From positions 77,251 through 141,250 of the forward strand of contig JAVBMG010000014.1 of assembly GCA_031552815.1 (NCBI GenBank): 64,000 nucleotides of DNA, given 5' to 3'. The notes under the pieces were generated by a model. The model saw only the letters and a program-made list of their open reading frames with translations, was not told the origin of the DNA and did no database searches. Within the stretch, counting starts at the first letter, position 1. Each line of letters starts with the position of its first letter. The stretch is from Opitutales bacterium (lineage in GTDB: Bacteria > Verrucomicrobiota > Verrucomicrobiia > Opitutales > JAVBMG01). Shown piece by piece: positions 18,015 through 29,003 of this stretch. Position numbers and translations under genes: made by a program.

Positions 18015-19604
18015 ATGAAATTTGACCTTCTTGTAGTAGGAAGCGGAGTGGCAGGACTCAGCTTCGCACTCAAAGCCGCAGAAAAAGGATTTCGGGTAGG
18101 AATCATCACGAAAAAAGCGCGTGCGGATTCCAACACAAACCATGCGCAGGGCGGTATCGCATGCGTGACCGACAAGGATGATGATTTTGAATCACACATT
18201 CACGATACACTGGTGGCCGGTGACGGGCTTTGCGATCTGACAGCAGTCCGTGAGATCGTCAGTGAGGGTCCTCAGCGCATCAGGGAGCTTTTTGACATGG
18301 GTGTTGCCTTTTCCCAGCAACAGGACGGCAGTATATCGCTCGGCCGCGAAGGCGGACATTCGAGACGCCGCATCCTCCATGTCAAAGACATGACAGGCAA
18401 AGCTATTGAGGAAGCCTTGCTGCATGCTATCAGCCAGCACGGTAACATCACGCTTCTCGAATATCATTTCGCGGTCGATCTGATAACGACACAGAAAAGC
18501 GGTATCCTTGAGAAACAAAACCGCATCATCGGACTCTATGTCTTCAACCGCAAAACACGCAAAGTGGAAACTTTTGCGGCAAATGCCGTCTTGCTTGCAA
18601 CGGGCGGAGTCGGACAGGTTTACCAATTTACAACCAACCCCGACATTGCCAACGGGGACGGCATTGCGATGGCTTACCGTGCGGGAGCAACCATCGCAAA
18701 CATGGAATTCATCCAGTTCCACCCGACAAGCCTTTACAGCCTGAAGGATGAACGTTTTCTCATCAGCGAGGCGGTTCGCGGCGAAGGGGCCGTTTTGCGG
18801 AACACGGACAAAATCGCCTTCATGAAATCTTACGATGAGCGCGGTGATCTTGCCCCGCGCGATATTGTCGCGCGCGCGATCGACTCGGAGATGAAGAAAT
18901 CGGGAGCAAAGCATGTCTGGCTGGACATTACGCATGTTCCCGAAGCGGAACTGAAAGAACGTTTCCCGAAGATTTATGAAAGCTGCCTTGCCGCCGGTAT
19001 CAACATAGCAACAGACTATATTCCCGTGGTTCCGGCAGCCCATTACCTTTGCGGCGGCATTGCCTGCGACCTCGACGCACAAACGGATATTCCGGGGCTT
19101 TATGTTTGCGGCGAAGCTGCCTGTACGGGCCTTCACGGCGCAAACCGCCTGGCAAGCAACTCCCTGCTGGAAGCTGTGGTTATGGCTGACAGGGGTGCAA
19201 ACGCAATGGAGCGTTATTTAAAACAAGTGCCGGAAACCGCAGTAACATTATCCGAATGGATTGACGGTAACGTCAGCGATTCCGATGAACGGGTTATTCT
19301 TACCCACAATTGGGACGAACTGAAACGTACCATGTGGGACTATGTCGGCATTGTACGCAGTACCAAGCGCCTTCTGCGCGCGCAATCCCGTCTGCAGCTT
19401 TTTCAACAGGAGATATACGATTACTACTGGAATTTCAAAATTGAGCCGCGGCTGCTTGAACTGCGCAATATGATCTGCGTTGCCGAGCTCATCGTGAAAT
19501 GCGCCTTGCAACGCAACGAAAGCCGCGGCCTCCATTACACGCTGGACTATCCTGACCACCTGCCGGAAGCAAAAAATTCCATTGTCCGGGAAGAGACGGT
19601 TTAG
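18015..19604 (+). CDS. nadB: L-aspartate oxidase
   Basis: VVGSGVAGL FAD-binding motif, AQGGIA, and NRLASNSLLE. Confidence 0.9.
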   Translation: MKFDLLVVGSGVAGLSFALKAAEKGFRVGIITKKARADSNTNHAQGGIACVTDKDDDFESHIHDTLVAGDGLCDLTAVREIVSEGPQRIRELFDMGVAFSQQQDGSISLGREGGHSRRRILHVKDMTGKAIEEALLHAISQHGNITLLEYHFAVDLITTQKSGILEKQNRIIGLYVFNRKTRKVETFAANAVLLATGGVGQVYQFTTNPDIANGDGIAMAYRAGATIANMEFIQFHPTSLYSLKDERFLISEAVRGEGAVLRNTDKIAFMKSYDERGDLAPRDIVARAIDSEMKKSGAKHVWLDITHVPEAELKERFPKIYESCLAAGINIATDYIPVVPAAHYLCGGIACDLDAQTDIPGLYVCGEAACTGLHGANRLASNSLLEAVVMADRGANAMERYLKQVPETAVTLSEWIDGNVSDSDERVILTHNWDELKRTMWDYVGIVRSTKRLLRAQSRLQLFQQEIYDYYWNFKIEPRLLELRNMICVAELIVKCALQRNESRGLHYTLDYPDHLPEAKNSIVREETV

Positions 19605-19645
19605 CGGCCCCGTTCTCGGATACGCGCCCTGCTCCGTGCCAATAC

Positions 19646-20008
19646 CTATACCCGCATTCCGACCCACGCGGCAAGCAATCCGGAACAAAGCGTCACGGTC
19701 ACATAAACCAGCATAATGATCGACTGCCTGCGGACACGCATTTCAAACAATTGCACGGCAAAGGACGAATAGGTACTCAGACTGCCGCAAACACCAACCA
19801 ACGCGAAAAAATACAGCCAATCCTGTGATTGTTCAGGGAAATGTCCGATGATGAAACCTGCGGAAAACGATGCCAGAACATTTGCAAGCAAGGTACCGTA
19901 CGGAAACCTGTCCCTGTTAAGGAAGCTGACAACGTGCCTCAGAAGCGCACCGACAGCGCCACCAAGAAAAACGGCACAAATCACGGCAGCATGGATTTCC
20001 GTTTTCAT
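19646..20008 (-). CDS. crcB: Fluoride channel CrcB/Fluc, paralog 2
   Basis: About 120 aa with 4 TM helices and GGAVGALLR...GSLSTYSSF motifs. Confidence 0.8.
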   Translation of the reverse strand: MKTEIHAAVICAVFLGGAVGALLRHVVSFLNRDRFPYGTLLANVLASFSAGFIIGHFPEQSQDWLYFFALVGVCGSLSTYSSFAVQLFEMRVRRQSIIMLVYVTVTLCSGLLAAWVGMRV

Positions 20009-20418
20009 GCGGCAGCTCCCTTGATTTTATTTCTCAGTACGGTCATCAGGTACACCAGTCCGCAACCCAGTGCTACCGCCAGAAAACAGAAGAAGAAGTT
20101 GTTCATCACAAGATAAAACAAGCGGTATCCGTTTTGATAATCCTGGAAATCCACGATTTGCTCAATGCAAACCGAGGAAAATGTGGTGAACCCACCGCAA
20201 AATCCGGTTACCATAAACAGCGTAAACCATTGACGGTGGGAGCTTTCGCTCCGCCTCATCGCTTCCATGACGCATCCGGTCAGAAAACAACCGATTACAT
20301 TGATCCAGAAATAACCCCCGTACATGAAGCTTCCGAAGAATAAACCAAACAGGTAGCGGGCGCAGGACCCTAATCCGCCGCCCAAGGCTATCAACAGATT
20401 CTGTTTCAAATGACGCAT
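20005..20418 (-). CDS. crcB: Fluoride channel CrcB/Fluc, paralog 1
   Basis: GGGLGSCARY...GFCGGFTTFSS motifs. ATGA overlap with the downstream paralog. Confidence 0.75.
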   Translation of the reverse strand: MRHLKQNLLIALGGGLGSCARYLFGLFFGSFMYGGYFWINVIGCFLTGCVMEAMRRSESSHRQWFTLFMVTGFCGGFTTFSSVCIEQIVDFQDYQNGYRLFYLVMNNFFFCFLAVALGCGLVYLMTVLRNKIKGAAA

Positions 20419-20488
20419 CGGAAAACCGGAGGAAAAATGTCAGCCGATCGCCATCCCGGACAATCGGCATTCATTGTTTTTTCCTTGG

Positions 20489-21247
20489 TTAAAAATCAAA
20501 ACCGGACACACGGACATCGTACGCAAACGGAGCAGCCGGCGATGCTTTTATGCTGTATTTTGCGCCTACTGCAGCAGCCAAAGCAAGCCCGGCGGCAATA
20601 TCCCAAATACGCACGCTGTCTTCCGCATAAACATCGCCGCGACCGCAAACCACCGCTGCCACAGCAGAAGCGGCACTGCCGATCATGCGTATTTTTTTGT
20701 ACTTCTGCACATCCTTGATAAATACCTGCATCGCGGCATCAGACGTATCCCGGGCCGCAGGAAAACCGGTGTACATCACCGCCTGGCTTTCACGGGTAGC
20801 CCAGGCCGGTTTCACCTGTTTACCGTTAATAAACAATCCTTTGTCCGCGATTCCCGAAAATAATTCATCGCGGTTAAAATCATAAATCACTCCCAGCACC
20901 GGTTTCATTCCGCGCCAAAGCCCAATGCTCACGCAAGTCATCGGAATATCGCGGAGATAATTGAAAGTTCCGTCAAGCGGATCAACGATCCAGTAGAGTT
21001 CATCACCGTTCAGCAAAGCCTCGTCTCCGCCCTTTTCCTCGCCGATTACCGGAAAATCAGCCAATTCCGAGAATAATTTCCGGATCAGGGTTTCCGATTC
21101 GATATCAGCCTGAAGCTTTACGTCATTACGGTCTTCAAAATTGATCTGCCGCATTTTTTCTGCGCCGGCCTTCAGTATGGCCCCCGCTTTTTTTGCGACA
21201 TCACATGCTACCGTCAACAGTTGTTCTTCGGAGAATGTCTTTTTCAT
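20489..21247 (-). CDS. suhB: Inositol monophosphatase family protein
   Basis: IGEE, WIVDPLDGT and GSAA motifs. Confidence 0.8.
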   Translation of the reverse strand: MKKTFSEEQLLTVACDVAKKAGAILKAGAEKMRQINFEDRNDVKLQADIESETLIRKLFSELADFPVIGEEKGGDEALLNGDELYWIVDPLDGTFNYLRDIPMTCVSIGLWRGMKPVLGVIYDFNRDELFSGIADKGLFINGKQVKPAWATRESQAVMYTGFPAARDTSDAAMQVFIKDVQKYKKIRMIGSAASAVAAVVCGRGDVYAEDSVRIWDIAAGLALAAAVGAKYSIKASPAAPFAYDVRVSGFDF

Positions 21248-21336
21248 ATCACTTGTTCGGTTTTGTTTTCAGACATGATTTACAGAATGACCGGAATCGC
21301 CGTTGTATTCATTCTGTCTGTTTTCGTGCTACCGCA

Positions 21337-23907
21337 TCAGAAAGGATCATCGCCAATCGCATTCTTTGTCTTCTTGCCTTTGATTTCGGTGGTCTTTCCT
21401 GCTGTCGGTTTCTTGAATTTTGCGGTTCCTTTGGCTGCCGGCTTTTTCCCATCCGCGCCTGCTTTTGCTTTCGGTTCGCGCGGCGGAAATTCCCAGCCCA
21501 TTTTCCAGCCCGGCCTGATAATCAGGAAAGCGTCAAACAACTTTCCTGTCTTGTTTGACTTGAAGCCTTGTATCAGCTCGGTTTTCCCCTCCTGGATGAG
21601 CTTAAGCGCATTTTCGCGCGTCAGTTCCTTGCCCAGCAGTTTCTTGCCAATACGGAAAATTTCTTTGTCTTCGCCGGATTTCTTTGAAATCACGCGGTAG
21701 GCCGCACCGGTTTCGACAATATCAGCCTCGTCCTTGTAACGTCCGATAAGCTCGCGCATGCTACCGTCGTCAACCGTTTGGCCTCCGTCGGTCTCGCGCT
21801 TTTCAAATTCAAACTTCACCTTGTTTTCCTCGTCGAGCACCAGACTTGCATTATACGGCTTGCCCAGTTTCGAACGGAATCCGGTAAGCGGGCCGATACG
21901 GCGGTTTGCAATAAGCTCACGGACTTCCTCCTTCTCCATGATCCGGTTACCGATGTTTTTGTACACCTTGAAGCTACCGTCTTTCGTCTGATAAGTCCGC
22001 AAGGTCTCGACAAGCGCTTCGCCGTTCACCGGCGAAATAAGATCGGTCGGTGTGGCTTCTTCCATGTTTTCCTGGAAATCACTTGCCTGCTTCACCACAA
22101 CGGTCGTCAATCCGGCAATTTCCTGCATAAACGCATCCCGGCTCAATTTACCTTCCTCAATCTGGCGCAGCTTGTATTCCCATTCGCCAGTCAGACTCGG
22201 GCTGGTCAACACGGCAACGCCGATCGCCTGAAGATAATCGATAAGCTGTTCTGCTTTCGGGAACGGACGCAACTCCTTGTTGTCGCGTTCGATATATTGC
22301 ATGTGGAGGAGATTCTCAATGGTCTGGGCACGGGTCGCAGGTGTGCCCAAGCCCTTTTCTTTCATGGCAAGCGCAAGCTCCTCATCCTCGACGAGTTTTC
22401 CAGCACCTTCCATGGCGGCAAGCAATGTGGCTTCCGTGTAGCGCGGAGGCGGATTGGTTTTCAGTTCTTCCAGATACACTTCCTTCACGCCAGCCTTGTT
22501 TTCATCGGACGGGCTAAGCAACGGCAACATGGTTTCCGTTTCTTCTTTGCCGTAAACAGCCAGATAGCCAGGAACAACGAGCACCTTGCCTTCCGTCTTA
22601 AATTCATGCTCGCGGATTTTCGAGGTACGCACGGTAACATCAAATTCCGCAGCAGGATAAAATATGGCTACGAACCGTTTCGCAATCAGGTCGTAGATCC
22701 GCTGTTCCTTATCATCGAGTTTATCGGCAGATAGTTTTGTCGGAATGATCGCAAAGTGATCGCTTATTTTCTTGTTATCAAAAATACGCTTGTTCGGTTT
22801 GACCCAATCGTTTTTCAAAACATGGGCTGCAAAAGCGCGGTTCTCTCCTCCGAGCGCTCCCAGTGTCTCGCGGCACACGCCGAGATAGTCCTCAGGCAGC
22901 GCACGCGAATCGGTTCTCGGATAGGTGATCACCTTGTGCTTTTCATAAAGGGACTGGGCAACGCTAAGCGTCATCGTCGCAGGGAACCCGTAGCGCTGGT
23001 TGGCCTCGCGCTGGAGCGAAGTTAAATCATACAAGAGAGGACAGTTCTGTTTTGTGCGCTTGCTTTCGTCGCTGACATCAGCCTTTTCTCCCTGGCTAAT
23101 ACTTTCGGCAACCTGATCGGCAACTGCTTTGTCCCAGATACGGTCAGCCCGGTCCTGAGTATCTTCCTTGTCTTTTTTACTGAAATCAGGCCTTTGGTAG
23201 ACACCGACATAGTCGCCGTTTTTCACGGAAAATTCCACAGACAGTTTCCAGTACGGGCGGCTGACAAAATCACGGATGGCTTTTTCGCGCTCGACAATCA
23301 TGGCAAGCGTCGGGGTCTGAACACGACCGACCGATGCCACTTTTCCTCCACCGCGCATACCGAACATCCGGGTGGTAAAAATACGCGTCCCGTTAATACC
23401 GACCAGCCAGTCCGATTCCGAACGGCAACGGGCGGCATCCTGCAACGGTTTCATGATACTCTGCTCGCGCAGGTGTCCGAATGCCTCGCGGATCGCATCG
23501 GGAGTCATGGATGTCATCCAAAGCCGTTTGCGCGGCAACTTGCTCCCTGTCAGCTCATAAATATAGGTGAAGATGAGTTCGCCTTCGCGCCCGGCGTCAC
23601 AGGCATTGATAACTTCGTCAATGTCCTTCCGCTTAAGCAACTTTTTCAGCTCATCGAACTTCTTCTTTGTTTTCTCAATAGGTTTTACGCCAAACTGTTC
23701 CGGTATGATCGGCAATGTCTTCGGGGACCAGGCTTTCAATTTCTTGTCATAGTCCTCCGGCATATAGAGCTCCACCAAATGTCCCACCGCAGATGAAATG
23801 ACATAACGGTCATTCTCATAAAATTCCCCTTTTTTCGGAACTTTTCCCAGAACATTGGCCAGATCACGCGCAACGCTCGGTTTTTCAGCTATAATCAAGG
23901 ACTTCAT
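21337..23907 (-). CDS. topB: Type IA DNA topoisomerase (topoisomerase III-like) with a Lys-rich C-terminal tail
   Basis: MKSLIIAEKPSVARD Toprim N-terminus, an ITYPRTDS active-site Tyr region, and a basic tail KAKAGADGKKPAAKG. ATG 23907 is preferred. Confidence 0.85.
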   Translation of the reverse strand: MKSLIIAEKPSVARDLANVLGKVPKKGEFYENDRYVISSAVGHLVELYMPEDYDKKLKAWSPKTLPIIPEQFGVKPIEKTKKKFDELKKLLKRKDIDEVINACDAGREGELIFTYIYELTGSKLPRKRLWMTSMTPDAIREAFGHLREQSIMKPLQDAARCRSESDWLVGINGTRIFTTRMFGMRGGGKVASVGRVQTPTLAMIVEREKAIRDFVSRPYWKLSVEFSVKNGDYVGVYQRPDFSKKDKEDTQDRADRIWDKAVADQVAESISQGEKADVSDESKRTKQNCPLLYDLTSLQREANQRYGFPATMTLSVAQSLYEKHKVITYPRTDSRALPEDYLGVCRETLGALGGENRAFAAHVLKNDWVKPNKRIFDNKKISDHFAIIPTKLSADKLDDKEQRIYDLIAKRFVAIFYPAAEFDVTVRTSKIREHEFKTEGKVLVVPGYLAVYGKEETETMLPLLSPSDENKAGVKEVYLEELKTNPPPRYTEATLLAAMEGAGKLVEDEELALAMKEKGLGTPATRAQTIENLLHMQYIERDNKELRPFPKAEQLIDYLQAIGVAVLTSPSLTGEWEYKLRQIEEGKLSRDAFMQEIAGLTTVVVKQASDFQENMEEATPTDLISPVNGEALVETLRTYQTKDGSFKVYKNIGNRIMEKEEVRELIANRRIGPLTGFRSKLGKPYNASLVLDEENKVKFEFEKRETDGGQTVDDGSMRELIGRYKDEADIVETGAAYRVISKKSGEDKEIFRIGKKLLGKELTRENALKLIQEGKTELIQGFKSNKTGKLFDAFLIIRPGWKMGWEFPPREPKAKAGADGKKPAAKGTAKFKKPTAGKTTEIKGKKTKNAIGDDPF

Positions 23908-24168
23908 CTGATTGCTTTTTACTCTAAAAATTAATTTGGCAAGTTTTGCAAATTGAAGACTCAACAGAAAATAGCAAGCCTTTTACATAATCACCATAGT
24001 GGCGAAACGGAATTTTACTTTTTTATCCGTAAATATAATACTCATCGATGGTTTTCATGATAAGACATATCCGCTTTAAGCAGACACAATGATGATTTAT
24101 ACCATAGAAAAATAGCTCCTGATAAATTGAAATGATACCAGCTCCGTTAAGACATCAACAGAAGCAAC

Positions 24169-25380
24169 TCAGTTCGCCTTTGCCTTGCCGGAAAGCAAAG
24201 CCGTACATAATCCGAGAAAAGCAATCAGCGTGAACGACAAACGCAGACTGGATGCTTCGGCAATAAACCCGATAACGGAAGGTCCGAGAAGAAATCCCAG
24301 GAATCCGATACTGGAAACCATGGCCAAAGCGACCCCGGGCCGGATATCCTTCGATTTCCCCGCCAATCCGTAAACCAGGGGAACCACCGATGAAGTTCCA
24401 AAGCCGACAAGAAGAAAGCCTATTGTCGCCATCACGATATTTGGAAAGATCACGGAAATCAATAATCCGGTCAGCATTAAGCATCCGCTTATTTGCAGCA
24501 CCCGCTTTATGCCCAGATGCGTCACAAAAAAATCGGCGACGAAACGACCGCCCGCCATCGTGCACATAAAGGCAACGTAACCGAGTTGCTTCAAATCGTT
24601 CGGTGCTTTTACAACCGTCTCGAAATAAACGCCTGTCCAGTCAAACATGGTTCCTTCACAGATCATGCAGGCAAATGCAATAACCCCTAAAGTGAAGATA
24701 TGCCTGCTCGGCTTCACAAAAATAGGTGTTTTTGCACCACCCTTCCTGGAATCACGCGGCAGCATATACCAACGCATTGAGAACAGGACAGTAAAGGCGG
24801 CGACATAAATGAACATGAAATGGTCTACCGGCGGCACTTCACGCGCCACCATCAACGCTCCGATCAGACCGCCCGTGAATCCCCCGAGACTCCACAACCC
24901 ATGGAATGAAGCCATGATACTGCGCCCGTACAGACGCTCAACCCCTATCGCCTGGGTATTCACGGAAATATTGCACATGTTACCGAAAATACCGTAGGCA
25001 AACAACACTGCCGCCAGATGCCAGACATTGGAGGCTGCGCCGACCGCTATCAGCATAGCCGGATAAAAGAGAATGCCGATGGTCAGCATTCGCTTACTGC
25101 CAAAACGCCCCACAAAATAACCGGACAGACCCATCGCCACCATCTGGCCGACAGGCAAGGCTGACAATACCGCCCCCAAACCGGCATCGCTCAGCCCCAA
25201 CGCATTTTTTATATCGGGGATACGGCTTGCCCAACTGCCAAAGACAATACCCTGCATGAAAAAAAACGAACCGACGGCCAGGCGGTAATATTCCCGCGTA
25301 GCCAGTTTTCTTTTCCTGCGGACCGGTAACGGCTTTCTTGCCTCCCTGGCGCTATCGCCATGTACTGCTGTTTTTCCCAT
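24169..25380 (-). CDS. MFS transporter
   Basis: About 12 TM helices with MFS-like loop motifs. The first ATG is at 25380. Confidence 0.8.
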   Translation of the reverse strand: MGKTAVHGDSAREARKPLPVRRKRKLATREYYRLAVGSFFFMQGIVFGSWASRIPDIKNALGLSDAGLGAVLSALPVGQMVAMGLSGYFVGRFGSKRMLTIGILFYPAMLIAVGAASNVWHLAAVLFAYGIFGNMCNISVNTQAIGVERLYGRSIMASFHGLWSLGGFTGGLIGALMVAREVPPVDHFMFIYVAAFTVLFSMRWYMLPRDSRKGGAKTPIFVKPSRHIFTLGVIAFACMICEGTMFDWTGVYFETVVKAPNDLKQLGYVAFMCTMAGGRFVADFFVTHLGIKRVLQISGCLMLTGLLISVIFPNIVMATIGFLLVGFGTSSVVPLVYGLAGKSKDIRPGVALAMVSSIGFLGFLLGPSVIGFIAEASSLRLSFTLIAFLGLCTALLSGKAKAN

Positions 25381-25488
25381 TGCGTCCAAAATCTTTACGG
25401 CGAATAACCCTTTTGCATAGCAAAAGCATTATTCGCCGATCCGATCTCGTTAAAAAGTGTCCGGGAAAAATTTCCCGAACGGAAATGT

Positions 25489-26565
25489 TTATGCGATTTC
25501 CTTAATGATTTCGCTCAGTTGACCGAGCAAGTCACCGATCGTCTTGTCCGTCTCATTACCCATGTTCGAAATACGGAATGTCTTTCCTTTGATTTTTCCG
25601 TATCCGCCGTCGATAACCGCCTTGTAACGGCTCTTCAGCGTTTTGTTCATGGCGGCAACGTCAATATTACGCGTATTCTTGATACAGCTCAGCGCCTTTG
25701 ATTCACAGCCTTTTTCAGGGAACAATTCAAAACCTTCCTTTGTTGCCCAATCGCTGACCATTTTATTCAGGCGCGCATGGCGAGCGTAACGGTTTTCAAT
25801 GCCTTCCTTTTCGATCACGTCAAGAATCTGGCGCAATCCAAACATCAGTGAAATGCACGGAGTGCTCGGTGTCATATGCTTGAGCCAGTTTTCATGAAAC
25901 TCAACAAAGTCAAAATAGTAACCGCGGTCGGGAATGCTCTTCGAACGCTCAAGCGCGCGTGCCGAAACAGAAGCGAACGACATGCCCGGAGGCAAGGCCA
26001 ATGCTTTCTGGCAACCGGTAACAAGCACGTCGATACCCCATTCGTCCTTAAGAATCGGAACAACGGAGAAAGAAGATACGCAGTCAACAATGGAAATCAC
26101 ATCCGGAAATTCACGGACAACATCCATGATTTCCTTTAACGGGCTCATCGTTCCGGTAGAGGTTTCATTGTGGATCAGCGTGATGGCATCAAATTCTCCC
26201 GTGGCAAGCTTTTCGCGAACCATCTCGGGTTTGATTGCACATCCCCACTCCACCTGAAGCTTGTCAGCCTTTTTTCCGCAACGGAGACTGACATCATACC
26301 ATTTGTCCGAAAACGCACCGTTCATGCAATTAAGCACTTTTTTTCCGCAAACATTACGGACGGCACCTTCCATGACTCCCCAGGAACTGCTTGTTGAGAT
26401 GTACACCGGATCCTTGGTGTAGAAAAGCTTCTGCAAACGGGGTTGCAACGAAGCGTAAAACTCGACGAAGTCGTTACTGCGGTGCCCGAAGACAGGCGTT
26501 GTCATCGCCGCGTAGGTTTCCGGCGCAACTTCGATAGGTCCTGGAATGAATAACTTGTAGCTCAT
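25489..26565 (-). CDS. Class V aminotransferase (serine-pyruvate / alanine-glyoxylate type)
   Basis: MSYKLFIPGPIEV N-terminus. The HNETSTG and GCQKAL (Lys) region is typical of class V PLP enzymes. Confidence 0.8.
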   Translation of the reverse strand: MSYKLFIPGPIEVAPETYAAMTTPVFGHRSNDFVEFYASLQPRLQKLFYTKDPVYISTSSSWGVMEGAVRNVCGKKVLNCMNGAFSDKWYDVSLRCGKKADKLQVEWGCAIKPEMVREKLATGEFDAITLIHNETSTGTMSPLKEIMDVVREFPDVISIVDCVSSFSVVPILKDEWGIDVLVTGCQKALALPPGMSFASVSARALERSKSIPDRGYYFDFVEFHENWLKHMTPSTPCISLMFGLRQILDVIEKEGIENRYARHARLNKMVSDWATKEGFELFPEKGCESKALSCIKNTRNIDVAAMNKTLKSRYKAVIDGGYGKIKGKTFRISNMGNETDKTIGDLLGQLSEIIKEIA

Positions 26566-26614
26566 GGTAAAAAATAAGTGAGTTAAGGAATAAAAATAAT
26601 GTTACCGCCAAGGC

Positions 26615-26974
26615 TCAGATGCCTTTGACTACTTTTGTGTTTTTCTCGGAAAGCACGATTATCTGCGGCTTCCATGAAGCGATCTCCTTCTCGTCCACCT
26701 GCGCAAAGGACATGATAACCAAAAGGTCTCCCACCTGTCCGAGACGGGCGGTAGCACCATTCAGCGAGAAAGTCTTTGATCCTGCCGGTGCGGGAATCGC
26801 ATAGGTTTCAAAGCGGTCCCCTGATGAAATATTGCCAACCAATATTTTTTCGTACGGGAGCATACCCACACGCTCCATTAATTCGGCATCGACGGACAAA
26901 CTGCCCTCATAGTGCAGACTGGCGTCCGTAACCATGGCTCGATGAATCTTTGACTTTAATAATGTTACTTGCAT
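26615..26974 (-). CDS. panD: Aspartate 1-decarboxylase
   Basis: [24 protein letters not shown] contains the self-processing G-S site. Length is 119 aa. Confidence 0.9.
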   Translation of the reverse strand: MQVTLLKSKIHRAMVTDASLHYEGSLSVDAELMERVGMLPYEKILVGNISSGDRFETYAIPAPAGSKTFSLNGATARLGQVGDLLVIMSFAQVDEKEIASWKPQIIVLSEKNTKVVKGI

Positions 26975-27187
26975 GCGGTAATCGCTTTAAAACGCGGACT
27001 TATTTTATCCCAGTACTTCCCCTCGTCAACAGGGAAATAACATTTGCCGAAGAAAGGAATACATAGCCCTTTTGCTTATGGATTTGCATTGAAAATGGCG
27101 GTATTGTCATGCTTTAAACTCGGCATACATTACGCGGTAACATCAAATCTTGCCCCGGAGAAACATTCATAGCATCTAATATAACTT

Positions 27188-27571
27188 ATGCGGATAGAAC
27201 ACATTGCGATATGGGTCAAAGACCTTGAAAACATGAGGGCCTTTTACGAGCGTTATTTTCATGGTACCGCCGGAGCAATGTATATTAATCCTAAAAAACA
27301 GTTCCGTTCCTACTTCATTACCTTTGAGACAGGTTGCCGGCTGGAACTGATGCATAAAACAGATATTCCTGAAAATCAAACCGAGCAACCGTTTACCGGC
27401 ATCACCCATTTTGCCTTTTCAACCGGAAACCGGGAATCAGTCGATCGATTAACCGATATGCTGAAAGCTGACGGGTATTTGATTGCTTCCGAACCACGCG
27501 TGACAGGAGATGGGTATTACGAAAGCGTAATAAAAGATCCGGAGGGTAATCTTGTGGAAATCACTGAATAA
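27188..27571 (+). CDS. VOC/glyoxalase family protein
   Basis: [10 protein letters not shown]...HFAF...DPEGNLVEI pattern. Confidence 0.75.
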   Translation: MRIEHIAIWVKDLENMRAFYERYFHGTAGAMYINPKKQFRSYFITFETGCRLELMHKTDIPENQTEQPFTGITHFAFSTGNRESVDRLTDMLKADGYLIASEPRVTGDGYYESVIKDPEGNLVEITE

Positions 27572-27637
27572 TACCCAAATCGCTTCCGAAACAGAAATCT
27601 TGTGAATTGGCCCTATTCTGTCTTAACATGATTTATC

Positions 27638-28990
27638 ATGTTACCGCGCGAGAATCAGGAACATATCTGGACCATTTCCGAACTGAACCAAAAGATAGAC
27701 AGCTTTTTCAGAAGCGAGTTTTCACCTATCTGGGTTACGGGAGAAATATCCAACTTCCGCCGCCAACCGAACGGGCACTGTTATTTCACGCTCAAGGATC
27801 AACAGTCGCAGCTATCCGCTGTGCTTTTCCGGGGTAATGCCGAACGCATCGAAACGCCCCTGAACGACGGACGGCAGATATTCGCATTCGGTGAATTATC
27901 CGTTTACGCCCCCAGAGGCACTTATCAGATTATCATCCGTCACATTCTCGACAAGGGGTTCGGCGAACTGCAAATAAAATTCGAGCAACTCAAGAACCGT
28001 CTCACGGAAGAAGGGTTATTTGCGCCTGAACGCAAGAAAAGCATTCCCATGCTACCGCGGCGTATCGGCTTTATCACATCTTCCGAAGGCGCTGCCTTGC
28101 GCGACTTTATCAGCGTTCTCAAACGGCGCGGCTGGCGCGGGGAGTTCATCCTTCTCCCAGCATCCGTCCAGGGAAAACAGGCCGTTTCCGAATTGACTGC
28201 CATGCTCAGGATCGCCCCTAAACTCAATCTCGACCTTGTCGTCATCGGGCGCGGCGGCGGTAGCCTGGAAGACCTGTGGTCATTCAATGAGGAAGCGCTT
28301 GTCAGAGCAGTTGCGGACTGTCCGGTTCCCACTATTTCAGCCGTAGGCCATCAGACTGATTTCACGCTCTGCGATTTTGCGGCCGACTTACGTGTTGAAA
28401 CGCCGACTGCCGCAGCGGAAAAAATCACCTCTGCCTATCTCGCGGAAATCGAACGCATCACGCAGCTCAGGCATAACCTCATCCGTTGGGCAAACGAACA
28501 ATTCCAGGCAAAACGCCATGACGCCCTCCTGCTGATTTCGGCGCTCAAAGTCCACTCGCCGGAAAAACTGCTGGAGAACGCCATGCTGCACCTTGACGAA
28601 ATCACCCAGAGGCTCTGGCATGCCGGTTTGCAGCAAATAAACGGAAAAACCGCACAACTCCACCGGTGCAATCTCGCCCTGGCACAGCTTTCACCGGAAC
28701 AAACATTGGAACGCTCACGGCACAAGATTGAACACCTCACTTTCCGTTTCGAACAGAATATTTACTCACGGATGGTTTCCCAGCTTGAACGGCTTCAACA
28801 GCTTGAACGCAGGCTCCAGGCGGGGAATCTGAATAAGACCCTGGCACGCGGTTTCTCCTATCTCCGAAAAACGGACGGTAGCATCGTCAGTTCCGTCGCC
28901 CAGACTGCCATCGGCGAATCACTCACCGCCCAGCTCCGGGACGGTAGCATGGATGTAAAAGTGATTTCCGTGCAGACAAACAATCCTTAA
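27638..28990 (+). CDS. xseA: Exodeoxyribonuclease VII large subunit
   Basis: OB-fold N-terminus (WVTGEISNF...GHCYFTLKD) and the RGGGSLEDLW motif. Confidence 0.9.
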   Translation: MLPRENQEHIWTISELNQKIDSFFRSEFSPIWVTGEISNFRRQPNGHCYFTLKDQQSQLSAVLFRGNAERIETPLNDGRQIFAFGELSVYAPRGTYQIIIRHILDKGFGELQIKFEQLKNRLTEEGLFAPERKKSIPMLPRRIGFITSSEGAALRDFISVLKRRGWRGEFILLPASVQGKQAVSELTAMLRIAPKLNLDLVVIGRGGGSLEDLWSFNEEALVRAVADCPVPTISAVGHQTDFTLCDFAADLRVETPTAAAEKITSAYLAEIERITQLRHNLIRWANEQFQAKRHDALLLISALKVHSPEKLLENAMLHLDEITQRLWHAGLQQINGKTAQLHRCNLALAQLSPEQTLERSRHKIEHLTFRFEQNIYSRMVSQLERLQQLERRLQAGNLNKTLARGFSYLRKTDGSIVSSVAQTAIGESLTAQLRDGSMDVKVISVQTNNP

Positions 28991-29003
28991 ACGCCTTAAC
29001 CCA

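Noticed and set aside
20419-20488. Fluoride (crcB) riboswitch upstream of the crcB pair.
   Set aside because: Only a GAUGG-like core is present. I could not fold the P1/P3/pseudoknot elements or find the conserved AAACGC and CCUAC segments. A covariance-model search is needed to be sure.
23908-24168. AT-rich 260-bp spacer upstream of topB as a possible ncRNA or origin-like element.
   Set aside because: It has no repeats, DnaA-box-like clusters or stable structures that I could see. It is consistent with an ordinary promoter/terminator spacer.
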